This document shows, one piece after another, positions 63,090-64,000 of a DNA stretch of 64,000 nucleotides (position 1 is its first letter; each line of letters starts with the position of its first letter). Position numbers and translations under genes: made by a program. This DNA comes from Podarcis tiliguerta. Lineage: Eukaryota. The notes beneath the pieces are model-generated. The model was not told where the DNA came from, did no database searches, and saw nothing but the letters and a program-made list of their open reading frames with translations. The stretch is taken from the NCBI GenBank assembly GCA_965153285.1, contig OZ229113.1. One strand, 5' to 3'.

Positions 63090-63766
63090 ATTGGTCAGTT
63101 GTTTTTTCCCAGCGGCTGTGGTAAGTCCATTCACCTTTTTTCAGTGGGCGACATTGCGACCAGGCATCCGGGCCCCTGCAGTGAACCGGCATGAGGGCAG
63201 GGAGTTCACACCCCACTCGTGCCATCCAGGCTGCATTGCCAGCACTGGGCAGGGCCACAGCCAGTGTGGCCCCACTGGCCAATCAGCATTGGTAGGAGGT
63301 GTGGCCGCAGGAAATTTAAACGCGGCACGGCCAGGGGATCCTTCTCTCTTGCCCTTTTGCCAGATCTCCCAACGCACCCACCCTCCTTTTTATGCTTTGC
63401 GGTGACATGACCTTGCTATGGACAACTGTCGGCCACCATATTGTTGGGGCCGCGTAGGAATTTTTTCCACTTGGCAAATTGGCACCAGCCATTTGGTTTT
63501 TGCCTACCTTGTAGTAATTGTCACAACTTTGGGAGGTTAGGCATTGGGTAAGCCATGGTTTGGATGGAGGGGAGGTTGTAGCTTCCACCTGCCCCTCTTC
63601 ATTAAGGGTATCGTGTTAAAGGGATCCTGTACAATGTCCGGACGTGGGCCATTCCACAATCCCAACAGGGACCCCTTGGAGTGCCCCTATGCCTACCCTC
63701 TCTAACCATTATAGCTGTGGCTTATTTGAACCCACAAACCTAAATACTCGTGTCTGTGTGTTTATT
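63090..63766 (+). mobile_element. Probable DIRS/Ngaro-type terminal-repeat segment
   Basis: Abrupt GC/CpG-rich block with CCAAT (~63279) and TTTAAA (~63315), a pyrimidine tract, taggaattttttccacttggcaaattggc, and end ...ctcgtgtctgtgtgtttatt. No TG..CA ends or TSD. Class assignment is from recalled resemblance only. Confidence 0.4.
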
Positions 63767-64000
63767 AACCACTAGGGAACTGAGGGTCATGGGACCTTGG
63801 TGTGCAAGTACATCATGCTGTTATGCTCATAGACGGCTTTTCTCTGTGTCTTTCACTGGAGGGGGTGGGTTCTTGTGCTTGTAAAAAGATGTCAAAGTAT
63901 ATGGGAAAGGTCATGCATAAGAACTTTGATTTGTAGACAGTTGCTGTCACCCTCAAAGCTTCTGCTACGCCAGTAATTTTGCTATTTCATATTGTTTTGA

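Overview
Eukaryotic, non-coding DNA from a squamate reptile, most likely a lacertid lizard (Podarcis/Lacerta/Zootoca-like). That assignment rests on the co-occurrence of Sauria SINEs (Squam1), Squam3-type CORE SINEs, a tRNA-Lys/CR1-tailed SINE and Bov-B LINEs with (CAA)n tails; repeat family names are from recognition, not a database search. I recognise no host protein-coding gene, so the window looks like a large intron or gene desert. The only real long ORFs are Bov-B reverse transcriptase remnants (6331-7806 +, 10557-11207 -). The rest is a layered transposon landscape: SINEs, L2/CR1/L1 fragments, hAT MITEs with 8-bp TSDs, Tc1/mariner-pogo MITEs with TA TSDs, two clean solo LTRs, a head-to-head Penelope-like terminal repeat with two hammerhead-like cores, and a probable DIRS/Ngaro-type terminal repeat, many of them nested. 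I cannot demonstrate a new biological system. The best candidates for follow-up are: (1) a TSD-bounded, internally deleted Bov-B joining 5' UTR to 3' end, the architecture that gave ruminant Bov-A; (2) the inverted Penelope-like repeat with paired hammerhead cores and a MITE carrying promoter motifs; (3) two inverted Tigger-like MITEs bracketing cargo like a composite transposon; (4) a perfect 30-bp hairpin; (5) a hAT MITE that carries an L2 tail.
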